A DNA stretch of 64,000 bases, taken from contig OZ242260.1 in assembly GCA_965207065.1 (NCBI GenBank), positions 1 through 64,000 on the forward strand. The letters are read 5' to 3'. The translations under genes were made by a program, and so were the position numbers. This document shows positions 51,004 through 61,677 of this stretch, piece by piece. This DNA comes from a bacterium. Its GTDB lineage: Bacteria > UBA8248. Every line of letters starts with the position of its first letter. Positions within the stretch are counted from its first letter, which is position 1. The notes beneath the pieces are model-generated. The model worked only from the letters and a program-made list of their open reading frames with translations. It did no database searches and was not told the origin of the DNA.

Positions 51004-51477
51004 ATGAAAAAAACCACTTTGAAAACTCTGCTTTCATCTCTTGTTGACGACTGTGGCTATGAGGCGGTCAGCAAGACACTGGAGGATTTTAACCCTGAGC
51101 GGACGAGTTCCACCGCTTCAAAAAGATCCTCCGCCAAGCGGCCAAGAAAACAAAGAACGAAATCCAATGCGGTTGCTGTCGTAAATTCTCTGACTTTGCC
51201 GAATGAGGAAAAAAAGAGTGTCCTGATGGCGTTAGCAAGAAAATACGATGAAAAGACTTTCATGCCGAACGTCAACCATGTTCGAGCCTTCCTGGAGCAG
51301 GAGGGAAAAGATGTTTCGCGCATAAAATCCAGAGGGCAAGTCGTGTCCACCGTATTCAGGTGTCTGGCGGATTGGGAAATACCGAAATTGAGAGAACTGG
51401 ATGTACGGGGTATATACGGTCCCCAAAAATCGCTTTCCGTCATCGCCAAGGCGATAGAAACCGCTGGACGACAATAA
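51004..51477 (+). CDS. Hypothetical basic protein coupled to ParA
   Basis: 157 aa; starts 2 nt after the ParA stop. Confidence 0.7.
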   Translation: MKKTTLKTLLSSLVDDCGYEAVSKTLEDFNPERTSSTASKRSSAKRPRKQRTKSNAVAVVNSLTLPNEEKKSVLMALARKYDEKTFMPNVNHVRAFLEQEGKDVSRIKSRGQVVSTVFRCLADWEIPKLRELDVRGIYGPQKSLSVIAKAIETAGRQ

Positions 51478-51831
51478 CGCCAAGCTCAGCTGAACGAGGC
51501 GGGAAGAGCGGAAGGATTGAAAGCCGTGCATTCTCGGTAAAGCGATTGAGTTTTTCTGCCCCGCCATCATGGAGTGCTGCTCAACCGATCCCCCGAACCT
51601 CCCTGGCCCAGGCGTTCATGAACACCGTCCTGTCGGATTGGTTATGCCGATATCGGCATAATTTTGCCAAGTAGACTCCAATGGGTTAAGTTGGCCAAGA
51701 AAGCTGCAGACTGAAAGGCGTGCATCGCCCATACTCCTTGCCGCCCATACCCCGGCCTGCCAGGGCGCAGATAGGGTGTCTTAGGGAACGTAGAAATCTT
51801 TATTTCTACCATTGAGTATAAATACTCATGA

Positions 51832-53124
51832 TTGTATCATATGGGCATGAATATCTATGAGCGCGCACAAAAATCGACGCTTCTCCAACGCCTTGGCGAG
51901 GAACCCCAACGGCTGATCATCGTCACCGGACCACGCCAGACGGGCAAAACCACACTCGTTCAGCAGGTTCTGGATGGGACCTACCTGCCGTCTCGCTATC
52001 TGCCGGTCGACGAGCCTGATCGGGGTACGCTCCCCCCCGTTCACGGTATCGAAGCCGACACGACCACGTTCCCGGGACAAGCTGCTGTCCCCTTTGCCGG
52101 CGAAAGAGACACGCGGTGGCTGGTGCGTCATTGGGAGCGTGCCCGGATGGATACCAGCCGTTCAGAGCGGGGCTTTGTTCTGGCAATCGACGAAGTTCAG
52201 AAAATCCCCAACTGGTCGGAAACGGTCAAGGGGCTGTGGGACGCGGACAGGCGTCATAGCCGCCCTCTCCATGTGATTCTGCTCGGTTCGGCTCCTTTGC
52301 TCATGCAGAAGGGGATGAGCGAAAGCTTGGCCGGCCGATATGAAACGATTCACCTCACTCATTGGTCATTCGCTGAAATGTCGACGGCATTCGATTTCGA
52401 CCTTCCGCATTATATCTATTTTGGGGGCTATCCGGGTGCCGCCCCGCTAGTTCTCGACCAAGAACGCTGGCGCTCATACATCGTCGGCTCGCTGATCGAA
52501 CCGAACATTGAGCGTGATATTCTCGCGATGCAGCGAGTGGATAAACCTGCGCTGCTGAAGCGATTGTTCGAACTCGGCGCAGAGTATTCCGGGCAGATTC
52601 TGTCCTACAACAAGATGCTCGGTCAACTTCAGGACGCCGGCAACACGACGACCCTGGCGCGCTATTTAGACTTGTTGTCGGACGCCGGTCTGATTACGGG
52701 TCTCTCCGGATACGCCCGCGGTGCCCATCGACGCAGGGCCTCGAGTCCGAAACTCAACGTGCTCAACACCGCGCTCATGTCGTCTCAGACTGGCTATACG
52801 TTCGGGGAGGCGCAAGCCGACCGGAGCTTCTGGGGGCGTCTGGTCGAAAGCGCGGTCGGCGCGCATCTGTTCAACACGAAACCACCCGACGTCCGCCTTC
52901 ATTTCTGGCGAGACAGAAACCACGAGGTAGATTTCGTCCTGGAGCGCGGCCGAAGGCTCGCCGCTTTTGAAGTGAAGAGCGGTTTTCGCAAGTCGAACAT
53001 GAGCGGACTCAGACTATTTGGAGAACGGTTCGACGTCACAGCCTCGATCATCGTCGGCGAGGGCGGCGTTGCACTCCCGGAATTTCTGTCCGTCCCGGTC
53101 GGGGAATGGTTCGAAAGCTCATGA
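51832..53124 (+). CDS. AAA+ ATPase with DUF4143 / PD-(D/E)xK-like C-terminus
   Basis: GPRQTGKTT, IDEVQ, SESLAGR, GGYPG, EVDFVL....AFEVK. Confidence 0.9.
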   Translation: MYHMGMNIYERAQKSTLLQRLGEEPQRLIIVTGPRQTGKTTLVQQVLDGTYLPSRYLPVDEPDRGTLPPVHGIEADTTTFPGQAAVPFAGERDTRWLVRHWERARMDTSRSERGFVLAIDEVQKIPNWSETVKGLWDADRRHSRPLHVILLGSAPLLMQKGMSESLAGRYETIHLTHWSFAEMSTAFDFDLPHYIYFGGYPGAAPLVLDQERWRSYIVGSLIEPNIERDILAMQRVDKPALLKRLFELGAEYSGQILSYNKMLGQLQDAGNTTTLARYLDLLSDAGLITGLSGYARGAHRRRASSPKLNVLNTALMSSQTGYTFGEAQADRSFWGRLVESAVGAHLFNTKPPDVRLHFWRDRNHEVDFVLERGRRLAAFEVKSGFRKSNMSGLRLFGERFDVTASIIVGEGGVALPEFLSVPVGEWFESS

Positions 53125-56100
53125 AACATTTTGTCGCGCGTACATGCACCGAGATTCCAGAACGCGACTCTCTAGACGATTCGAATAACCCGTCCTTTCC
53201 TCTGGAGGATTTTCGAGAGGCGGATGCCTTTGTCCTACTCGGCGCTCCCGGCGCTGGCAAAACAACGGCGTTCAGGCGGGAAGCCGAGTGTACGGGCGGA
53301 TGCTACGTCACCGCGCGTGACTTCGCGACGTTCGACGACAAACCAGTATGGCGTGACACGGTGCTGTACATCGACGGGTTCGATGAAACCCGAGCGGGAG
53401 CAGCCGATGGGCGCACGCCGCTCGACAGCATCCGCGCCAAGCTCGATCACTTGGGACCTCCTAGGTTTCGCCTGTCCTGCCGAGAGACGGACTGGTTCGG
53501 AGCAAACGACAGGGATCGCCTGAAGATCGTATCGCGCGACGGCAAGGTCATAGTGCTGCGTCTCGATCCGTTGTCCGAAGAGGATATCCGCGAGATTCTC
53601 CTCAAGTTCGGGATCGAAGATGTGAGCGGGTTTATTGAATCAGCCCGTGTGAGGGGGATAGACGGCCTACTTGCAAATCCCCAAAGCCTGAAGATGTTGA
53701 CGACTGCGGTCACGGATAACGGCGTCTGGCCCGATACACGGATGCAAACGTTCGAAATGGCCTGCCAGGCCTTGCTCAAGGAGCATAATCAAGAACACCT
53801 GATAGCAGAACCGGACCGTGTTGATATTCCCACTCTGAAGGATGCCGCAGGACAGCTTTGCGCGATACAACTCCTGACCGGCGGAGCTGGCTACACCCTT
53901 CCCGGCCACGAGGGTGATCGCGATTTTCCCGAACTGGAACGGATACCCGGCGAGGCCCATCGAATTCTTCGTCACTCACTAGGCACCAAGCTTTTCGAGG
54001 GGCTGTCCGAAGGCCGCGTTGCCCCGATTCATCGGCAGATCGCAGAGTTTCTCGCCGCAAGATACCTCACCAGTCTCATAAAAGACGGTCTCCCGATCGG
54101 TCGGGTTCTCGCACTGATGACGGGCCACGACGGCGCCGTCGTGTCGGAATTGCGCGGCCTTTCCGCCTGGCTTGCAGCACACAACAAGCCCTGCCGGAAA
54201 GATGTCGTGGAACGCGACCCGCTGGGAACAATCCTCTACGGCGACGTTCGAGAATTCTCCTTCGATGAGAAGCGCCGGGTGCTGGATTGTCTGGAGCAAG
54301 AAGCGAAGAGAAATCCATGGTTTATGACCATGTCTAAAATCGATTCCCGGATAGGGGATCTTGCGACGCCTGACATGGAAGACGATTTCCGAGAGAACTT
54401 GACCAAACCGGCGCGAGACGGCGCGCGGCAATCCTTTGTTTCCATCTTGATTGAATCGCTTGGATATGGGCAGGCGCTTCCGGGACTCGCCGATCTTATG
54501 ATGGGAATCGTCAGGAATGCCAAGTGGCGGTCAGACGTGAGGCGCACCGCTCTCGACGCACTCATCCGGCAACGGAGAGGTGAAGAATATGCAACCGCCG
54601 AGTTCAAGAACCTGCTGATGGACGTGAGTGATGGATTGGTATCGGATCCGAACGACGATCTGATGGGGTCTTTGCTGAGAGAACTCTATCCCGGAAAGCT
54701 GTCCGCCACAGAACTCTGGCAATATCTGAAAACACCCCAAAACTCATCTTTAAATGGGTGGTGCCGTAATTTCTGGAACTGGCATATCTCGAAGCAATCG
54801 ACTAACGCCCAGCTTGCAGATCTACTTGATGGGCTCGTCGAGCAGTTCGAACAATTACGTCCTGTGTTCATAGGCTCCCCAGGAAGGGGTTCATTTTTCC
54901 GCCAAGTGCCAATCAGACTGTTAAGTCATTTTCTTAAAAGTTTGTCCAAGAATATTCCTCTTAGTCAGCTCTTCAATTGGCTTGGAGTTGCATCGGATCC
55001 CGAACTTAGGACTTCGGGGGAAGACGTCCAATTTATTGGAGATTGGTTAAGCGGCAATCCCGGTGTTCTCAAAGAACTCATCGCACAGGGTATGAGGCAT
55101 TGCGCAGGCTCGCAGGATTTTCACCATTGCATGTATATGGTGGAGCGTCGTCTCTTCCAATCCACATGGCCGCCGAATTTTGGGTCTTGGTGCCTCGAAC
55201 AGGCCATTGCCGCTGAGGATCACGACAAGGCAGCTTGGTTCATGCAAAAGGTTGCGCAGTCCGTGTATCACCACCGTTTCAACAAAGGGCTTTCACAGGA
55301 AATCGTCGAGCGACGCATCAAGGAGCACGCTGGCCTTCTGAGCATGTTCACCGAAAGGCTGACCGAACACGAAGAGATCGATACGCGGGAAAATGATATT
55401 CAAGAGCAATATGAAATTGAGAAGAGGCAACGTCGGCAGGAATGGCGCGACCGTGTCGAGTCGCAGGAGGCGGCGTTGCGCGAAGGCCGATGCGAGCCGG
55501 TTTTGCTTCACCAATTGGCCGAAGTATATTTTGGCCAGTTCGTAGACGTTGAGGGCGATACCCCACGGGATCGGCTTCGAGATCTCTTCTGCAACGACGA
55601 GCGCTTGATCGAAGCCGCCCTGGAAGGGTTTCGTAGCTCTTTAGGGCGGAGCGACGTTCCAGGCGATGCTGATATCATACGTCTTCGAGCCGAGAACCAG
55701 ATTCACCCATTGGCTTTTCCGTTCTTGGCCGGATTGGAAGAAATCGCCAAGGCCACTCCGGAAGGCGACCTCCCGCTCGACGAAAAGCAGATTCGTCAAG
55801 CCTTCGCTTTTCTCTACGCCGAACCTCCGGATATTGTGTCAAGCTGGTACGAGCGGGCGTCGATATCCTACCTGAAGACGGCGGTCGATGTTCTCGTTCG
55901 ATCGGTCCGGGCGGAAATACGTAAGGGTGATGGGCGTTTCTCCGGCGTATATCGGCTAGAGGACAGTGAGGAGATCGCTCGCCTGGCTGTCCTTCCCCTG
56001 CTGGAATCGTTTCCCGTACGTTGCACGACGCAACAACTCGATGAACTGGTTTATCTGCTCAAAACCGCATTTCTCCATTGCGAAGAAGCATCGCTTTTGG

Positions 56101-57143
56101 ATCTGATACAGGGGAAGGTTGCTCATCGCAGCATGAACGTGGCCCAGCGAATCTGCTGGCTGTCCATCGGGTTTCTCGTTTCACCCGAATCCTATCGCGA
56201 AATTCTGGAAGATTATGTCGTAGGAGGAAGTGAGCGCCGGATTCGGCATTTGGCGTATGTCATGTGTCGGGATGATCTCCCTGCAGTGTTGCTCGACCGA
56301 CTGGGGGTCGCGGAACTGAGACTTTTGATCCGGTTGCTTGGCCCGGCCTATAAGCCTTCTCCTCCGGGGTCGAAGGGGGAGCGCATCCGAGGATTCATCA
56401 ATCAACTGGCCTCCGTTCCGTCCCCTGACGCAATGGAGGCCTTTGAAACGCTGTTGACAGATGCTGGCCTGCGCCCTTGGCGCTCTTATCTCGTCGACGC
56501 GGCATACCAGCAGAATTCTGTGAGGCGCGAAGCCGGTTTTCATCACCGCGATATCGACCAAGTGCTTGAGGTATTCCACAACCGCAAGCCGGCGAATGCC
56601 GCCGATCTGGCTGCACTGACGTTTGAATATTTGCGTGAGATCTCTCAAACGATTCGTCACGGCAACACGTCCGACTGGCGTCAATATTGGAATGTAGACT
56701 CACACAACCGTCCTAAAGACCCAAAACCGGAAAATGCGTGCCGTCATACCCTTTTATCCGATCTGAAGCTCAAGATGGATCCTTTGGGCATTGATGTGCA
56801 AGCTGAGGGCCATTATGCCGATGACAAACGGTCGGACATCCGTGTTTTCTTTAGCGGCTTCAACGTTCCGGTTGAGATCAAGAAAAGCTGTCATCGCGAC
56901 CTTTGGAGCGCGATCAAGACTCAGTTAATCGCCAAATATACCCGGGACCCGGGTGCGGACGGTAATGGAATCTATCTGGTATTCTGGTTCGGAGACACGG
57001 AATATTGCCGGCCAACGCCGGGAGAGGGAGTGCCACCGAAGAGCTCCGCCGAAATCGAAAAGCGTCTGCGAAGCACACTATCTGCCGACGAGAAGCTCAA
57101 GATTTCGATTTGTGTAATCGATGTCTCTGAGCCTGCAATATGA
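53121..57143 (+). CDS. Large NACHT/STAND-like NTPase with C-terminal PD-(D/E)xK-like domain
   Basis: LLGAPGAGKTT, LYIDGFDE, RLSCR, NPQSL, HRQIAEFLAA, long helical middle, KRSDI...PVEIKK...GIYLVFWFG. Confidence 0.8.
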   Translation: MKHFVARTCTEIPERDSLDDSNNPSFPLEDFREADAFVLLGAPGAGKTTAFRREAECTGGCYVTARDFATFDDKPVWRDTVLYIDGFDETRAGAADGRTPLDSIRAKLDHLGPPRFRLSCRETDWFGANDRDRLKIVSRDGKVIVLRLDPLSEEDIREILLKFGIEDVSGFIESARVRGIDGLLANPQSLKMLTTAVTDNGVWPDTRMQTFEMACQALLKEHNQEHLIAEPDRVDIPTLKDAAGQLCAIQLLTGGAGYTLPGHEGDRDFPELERIPGEAHRILRHSLGTKLFEGLSEGRVAPIHRQIAEFLAARYLTSLIKDGLPIGRVLALMTGHDGAVVSELRGLSAWLAAHNKPCRKDVVERDPLGTILYGDVREFSFDEKRRVLDCLEQEAKRNPWFMTMSKIDSRIGDLATPDMEDDFRENLTKPARDGARQSFVSILIESLGYGQALPGLADLMMGIVRNAKWRSDVRRTALDALIRQRRGEEYATAEFKNLLMDVSDGLVSDPNDDLMGSLLRELYPGKLSATELWQYLKTPQNSSLNGWCRNFWNWHISKQSTNAQLADLLDGLVEQFEQLRPVFIGSPGRGSFFRQVPIRLLSHFLKSLSKNIPLSQLFNWLGVASDPELRTSGEDVQFIGDWLSGNPGVLKELIAQGMRHCAGSQDFHHCMYMVERRLFQSTWPPNFGSWCLEQAIAAEDHDKAAWFMQKVAQSVYHHRFNKGLSQEIVERRIKEHAGLLSMFTERLTEHEEIDTRENDIQEQYEIEKRQRRQEWRDRVESQEAALREGRCEPVLLHQLAEVYFGQFVDVEGDTPRDRLRDLFCNDERLIEAALEGFRSSLGRSDVPGDADIIRLRAENQIHPLAFPFLAGLEEIAKATPEGDLPLDEKQIRQAFAFLYAEPPDIVSSWYERASISYLKTAVDVLVRSVRAEIRKGDGRFSGVYRLEDSEEIARLAVLPLLESFPVRCTTQQLDELVYLLKTAFLHCEEASLLDLIQGKVAHRSMNVAQRICWLSIGFLVSPESYREILEDYVVGGSERRIRHLAYVMCRDDLPAVLLDRLGVAELRLLIRLLGPAYKPSPPGSKGERIRGFINQLASVPSPDAMEAFETLLTDAGLRPWRSYLVDAAYQQNSVRREAGFHHRDIDQVLEVFHNRKPANAADLAALTFEYLREISQTIRHGNTSDWRQYWNVDSHNRPKDPKPENACRHTLLSDLKLKMDPLGIDVQAEGHYADDKRSDIRVFFSGFNVPVEIKKSCHRDLWSAIKTQLIAKYTRDPGADGNGIYLVFWFGDTEYCRPTPGEGVPPKSSAEIEKRLRSTLSADEKLKISICVIDVSEPAI

Positions 57144-57354
57144 GGGGTCTTGTCGTAACAGCTCACGATGGCCGATCAGCTTTCCTGCCAACGGCAGGTT
57201 TTCGCCCACAAAACCACCCCGTGTCCGCCCGCACGATTCATCGGTCGCGAGAGTCCGTCGCCCCAGCTATAACATCAAATTCCAATCTAGTTTCCTGGAC
57301 GGCAGCTTGGGTTTGATAGCGTCTTAGGCGGGAATGTCGGTCCCTTGCCCTGAT

Positions 57355-57726
57355 TTACGCCTCCATTACCAACCCGCGCTTTACGAGTTGAATTAGAATA
57401 TCCTTGAGCAAATCGAGCGAGAGGTCTCCCGTCTGTTCCAAGCATAGTTTTTTCGCCCGTTCCAAAAGTTTGTGGTTGCGCGCGTTTTTGAGGAAGTCGT
57501 GCCCATCCCACGTCAACTTGTGCACTTCACAATGGAGCATCTTGTGTTCGGTGCCATCACCCGAAGGAACGATATCTGCATCGACGAAACCCGCTTCCAT
57601 CATCAGTGCGACATGCAGGTAAACTTCATCTCGTGAGTAATCAGGAAGATCGAGACTTATCTCTCCTTCCTCGTTCGCTTCTATGTGCAGGAGAATTTTC
57701 CTGACGAGGTCCGTGTCTAGTGTGAT
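57355..57726 (-). CDS. DUF2513 protein (start codon appears as ATC; possibly inactive)
   Basis: TLDTDLVRKILLHIE...YLHVALMMEAGFV...LTWDGHDFL..AR. Confidence 0.7.
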   Translation of the reverse strand: MTLDTDLVRKILLHIEANEEGEISLDLPDYSRDEVYLHVALMMEAGFVDADIVPSGDGTEHKMLHCEVHKLTWDGHDFLKNARNHKLLERAKKLCLEQTGDLSLDLLKDILIQLVKRGLVMEA

Positions 57727-57745
57727 GTTTTAAATAGATATACCC

Positions 57746-58073
57746 GGCACCGAAGAACGGTAGCCAGAGCGGAAAACTCCTGCATCTACACCGACCGCAT
57801 AGCTTGATAGATGTCCACATAAGAAAGGGACCGCCCTCTCTCAATTTCAGTCGATCCTGGGAGAGAGGGACAGTCCCTTTTTCTCATATACCAAGTACAT
57901 CCGAGTCGAGCATAAAGAAGAACAGGGGCTGCCCGTTGTTCCCGCTCCCGGCTCGAGGACTCAAACTCATAGCAAGGAGCGGTACAGTTTGCTTCATCAC
58001 GAGGGAAACAACCAACGGGCAACCCCCTTTTCGCTCTCCTTTACCCGCCTCAGGCCCCGGGGCTTAACCCCGG
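57746..58073. repeat. ~330-bp non-coding element with two inverted-repeat pairs (copy 2)
   Basis: Direct repeat of 39714-40041. Confidence 0.8.
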
Positions 58074-58093
58074 GATCTAAGGCGTCTTTCTTC

Positions 58094-59782
58094 CTACCTG
58101 TGCGCCCCGAACGCCCCGATGAAGGCGGCGTTGCCTCCAGTCCCGGTCAGCTTGTTGACGTAAAACGTTCCGGCAACAGAATTCGGAAGCCCAGGCGTAT
58201 ATGAAATAGCTTGCGTGTCTTGAGCACCATCAACAACCATCCTTGGGGCTGTAACTTTCTTATCATACCTCATTCCGAAAAACCGGCCCTTCCAGGCGCC
58301 TTGGTATGCATTTTCTCCAACCACACCCGCGGCTACGCCGTTTGTAAAAGCGGCGGTCAGATCACCGTCGGTTATGTCTTGTTTCTGCAATTCAATGTTT
58401 CCGTCAATGCGATTTCCGCCGGCCGTGATGTTCGTAACGTTACCCCCGATTGTACCCGATCCCGTTCCGGCTACATCCTGGAACTCGGCCGTCAGCGATA
58501 CATTCGCCTTAAAAATACTGGCCTTTCCGTCCGCCATATAAGCGCCGTTCGCGTTCCCTCGATACGTGTAGCTCTTATCCGTATTGTTGGTGAGGACTCC
58601 GGCGATCGTGCCTAACCTTGATGTCTCCGAGCAGGTCTTGTTGAGCGCATCGGTATCGGTCAAATCTGCGGCACTGCAGAAATCGTGCGAAGCTGTAATG
58701 GGCTGGTTACCGTACGCAAAGGCTTGAAGGGAAGGGCTGGCGCTTGAGTCATCAAGCCAGATTCCAGCGAGCAAATAATCGGTGTCTGCTTGATACACCC
58801 GGCTCTCATCAACATCTGTTGTATCTGCCAGGTTTGGATCTGGCACCCTACCAGTAATTGACCTTACCAGTGTGTCCACCGAAATATCCGTAAAGGCATT
58901 GGCAAAGAGTGTGCCGGCATCGTTTTTCAGGTCGAGACCTTGAGACAGACGTCCAGAAACACCACTGATTCTGCCTGTTTTGCTATGCGACGTTACTCCG
59001 GTACTCCCAACCGTTATCGTTACCTCCAAAACCCCCCTGTCCAGATCTCGGGGTTTCGGATAAACCGTCCCGGCCGTTCCATCTGCGTTCAAGTAAAAGG
59101 GAAAGGTGGCCTGGTTGGCCGCAGCTGTCGGACCCAGGTTGGAGTTAGGAATTGAAGTATCAGCCATCAACGGCAGGAGTTCGTCATACACTTTCCTGTT
59201 GTCCCTCAAGTGCTTGATGAGCGAGGACCCGCCCGTCAAGACGGCCTCGTTCGCTGCCTGTTGTCTGCGACGGTTCGCGGCCGCTTGCACGGCGCCCTGA
59301 ATCCTGGATATTGCCGATGCGGATGTGTTGAGAGTGACTTGAGCCGCTCTCGCGTCCGTAAGCGCCGTATTCGCCTCCGCCGGCGTAGTGGCCAGGGTTG
59401 CCGCAGTATTCGCGCTCACGATACGCGCCAGGGCGCTTTGCGCCGTATTACTCTCGCTGTTGGCGTCCGTGATTTGAGCGGGCGTGGCGTCGGCATTGGT
59501 CCGTATCGCGGCCGCGGCCGAGCTCGCCACCCCCGCTCGTGCCTGGGCATTCGTAAGGATACTTGAAAGTTCCCGTCTCGCCTCGGCTATCCTATCAGCA
59601 TCGGTCTGTGGCGGATCCCCGCATTGCCCGTTCATCTCGACTTGAGGCGCCGTGCACATCACCACATCCCTGTCGTCGTCCGCAGCAGTACCGCCGCCGC
59701 CACCACCACCGCAACCGGAGGCAAATGCCGCAATGCACACGACAAGTACCGCCAATCCTGAATATCTGAGCATTTTCATCAC
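58094..59782 (-). CDS. Surface lipoprotein 'B' (copy 2)
   Basis: Same signal peptide, stalk and AAFIGAFGAHR tail as 40063-41796; divergent core. Confidence 0.8.
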   Translation of the reverse strand: MMKMLRYSGLAVLVVCIAAFASGCGGGGGGGTAADDDRDVVMCTAPQVEMNGQCGDPPQTDADRIAEARRELSSILTNAQARAGVASSAAAAIRTNADATPAQITDANSESNTAQSALARIVSANTAATLATTPAEANTALTDARAAQVTLNTSASAISRIQGAVQAAANRRRQQAANEAVLTGGSSLIKHLRDNRKVYDELLPLMADTSIPNSNLGPTAAANQATFPFYLNADGTAGTVYPKPRDLDRGVLEVTITVGSTGVTSHSKTGRISGVSGRLSQGLDLKNDAGTLFANAFTDISVDTLVRSITGRVPDPNLADTTDVDESRVYQADTDYLLAGIWLDDSSASPSLQAFAYGNQPITASHDFCSAADLTDTDALNKTCSETSRLGTIAGVLTNNTDKSYTYRGNANGAYMADGKASIFKANVSLTAEFQDVAGTGSGTIGGNVTNITAGGNRIDGNIELQKQDITDGDLTAAFTNGVAAGVVGENAYQGAWKGRFFGMRYDKKVTAPRMVVDGAQDTQAISYTPGLPNSVAGTFYVNKLTGTGGNAAFIGAFGAHR

Positions 59783-59916
59783 TTGCCCCCTGAGGGTTAC
59801 GTCCCCTTCCGGGAAAGAAGAGGGCGGGCGGTTGAAACCAGTTTCAATTTATCGGTTGCTTTGAGAACCCCCGGCCCCGGGCTCAGAGAGCCCGAGGCCA
59901 AAGGCGTAGTGCGCTG

Positions 59917-61677
59917 TTACTCAGCCTTCCACGTGCCGAAGGAACCGAGGATTCTGATCGGGTCGTTCACGTTGCCCGGCGCGGAAGCGCCGAAGGTGCC
60001 GGCGGCGGTCGTGGGGTATTGCGTTTGAGCCGCAGTTCCCGTCGCGCTGCTGGGACCGTAGAACTGGCCGCCCCAGTTGCCGACCATGGCCCTGCCCGCC
60101 AGGGAGCCCGATACGGTATTGTTGAAGCCGCCCATATGGGCGGCATTATTATCGTCATCGACGATGTTCGCCTTCTTTAGCTCCAGCATGCCGGCGATGT
60201 CCATTCCGCCGGCCCTGATGTTTGTGACTCTACCGGTGACGGAACCCAGGAGGTTATCATCCGGCGTACCGGCTGTTGCACCAGTATCAGCCCCGACGGT
60301 TCCGCCGAAGTTGGCATTCAGGGTGACGTCCGCGTCGAAGTACTCGACCATGCCGCCAGCCGCATACAGCCCGCTCGCGTCCCCGTTATACGTCGCCATG
60401 CCCTTGAGGGCGGCCTTGACGTTGAATACATTGTTGCCGCTTCCGAATGCGCCTGCGGCGGCCGCAGTGGTTACAGGCGTCGTTGTCGTAACGTCCGGAA
60501 TCGTCAGCCAGACGCCCCATGCCATGTAGTCGGTGTCGGTCATGGTCATACCCGCTGCTATTGCATGGAACTCGTAGCCTGTAATCGATCTGATAACGCC
60601 ATTCGCGTCGACGCTGATGGAGCAACCGCCAGTGGTGCCTGAGGGACAAACGAATTTACCCCGTGCCGGAGGGTTATTGTCCGTGGAATCCGCATTATAG
60701 GTACCGGTGAAGCTACTTCCGTCTCCCGGGACGTCACCTGTAATTATCGATGTGGCCGGGGCAGTCGGCAGCGTCAGCGGCGTGTTCGTGCCGTCGGTCG
60801 GATCTGTATACGCCTGTGTCGACGCTTCGATGTCCGTGAAGGCGAGAACATACGTTTTGCCTGGCGTCCCGGTATCAGTCCGCACCAGTTCGGCGCCCGG
60901 CCAGCCGCCGCTCGGCTTCTCTCCGGCCGTCATGAGCGATGTCGGACTTTCGCCGCGCAGAATGGAGCCCGTACCTAACGTTACATCGAACCTGGGTCCG
61001 GCCGCGTTGTAAGTCGCCGTTGCGCCGGCCTCACCACCTTGGTTGGTGTTAACGTTATCCGTTCCGTTCCTCAGGTTGGGTAGATTTGCCGTCATCGCCA
61101 GCTCCATGCCCACTCTCACCGCGTTGGAAAGGGGTTTGGGGATATCGCTGCCGGTCTTGCCCTCCAGCTCGGCATTGTCGATGGCTGCCTGGTTGGTAAT
61201 CTTGTTCGCCAGCCCGGTGCTTCCCAGGCCGCGCTTCATGCCGGCTTCCATCGCCATGTCGCGGTACTTCTCGGCCGCTGTCTGGTGCGTCATGGCCATT
61301 GCGGAAGTCGTGGCCATCTCCGCCGCGTCGGAAGCTTCCTTGGCCATCGCCGCGTATTTGTACGCGTTCGACATCGCCACAGGGTCCACCGCGCTTTCTA
61401 CATAATCCTTGGCCTTCATATAGGCCATCATGGCCGCTTCCTGCGCGCCGCTCAGGGCGCCTTCTTCGGCAACTTCCGCGGCAGAGGAGCACGAACCGTC
61501 CGCGTTATACCGGCCGCCGTCACCCTCACACATTTCCTGCTGGGTCGGCATGGCGGGCGTCTCTCCTTCAACGGCGGCCGTTCCGCCGCCGCCGCCACAG
61601 CCGGCCAGCGCGATGGCGAACACGGCCGCCAGCGCGAAAGCGTAAAGCTTGCTTATCGATTTCTCTCTGAACATCAT
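59917..61677 (-). CDS. Surface lipoprotein 'A' (copy 2)
   Basis: First ~150 aa and last ~55 aa near-identical to 41931-43748; divergent core. Confidence 0.82.
   Translation of the reverse strand: MMFREKSISKLYAFALAAVFAIALAGCGGGGGTAAVEGETPAMPTQQEMCEGDGGRYNADGSCSSAAEVAEEGALSGAQEAAMMAYMKAKDYVESAVDPVAMSNAYKYAAMAKEASDAAEMATTSAMAMTHQTAAEKYRDMAMEAGMKRGLGSTGLANKITNQAAIDNAELEGKTGSDIPKPLSNAVRVGMELAMTANLPNLRNGTDNVNTNQGGEAGATATYNAAGPRFDVTLGTGSILRGESPTSLMTAGEKPSGGWPGAELVRTDTGTPGKTYVLAFTDIEASTQAYTDPTDGTNTPLTLPTAPATSIITGDVPGDGSSFTGTYNADSTDNNPPARGKFVCPSGTTGGCSISVDANGVIRSITGYEFHAIAAGMTMTDTDYMAWGVWLTIPDVTTTTPVTTAAAAGAFGSGNNVFNVKAALKGMATYNGDASGLYAAGGMVEYFDADVTLNANFGGTVGADTGATAGTPDDNLLGSVTGRVTNIRAGGMDIAGMLELKKANIVDDDNNAAHMGGFNNTVSGSLAGRAMVGNWGGQFYGPSSATGTAAQTQYPTTAAGTFGASAPGNVNDPIRILGSFGTWKAE

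Noticed and set aside
40063-61677. Diversity-generating retroelement as the cause of lipoprotein variation
   Set aside because: No reverse transcriptase gene in the window, and differences include indels and all base types rather than adenine-specific changes.
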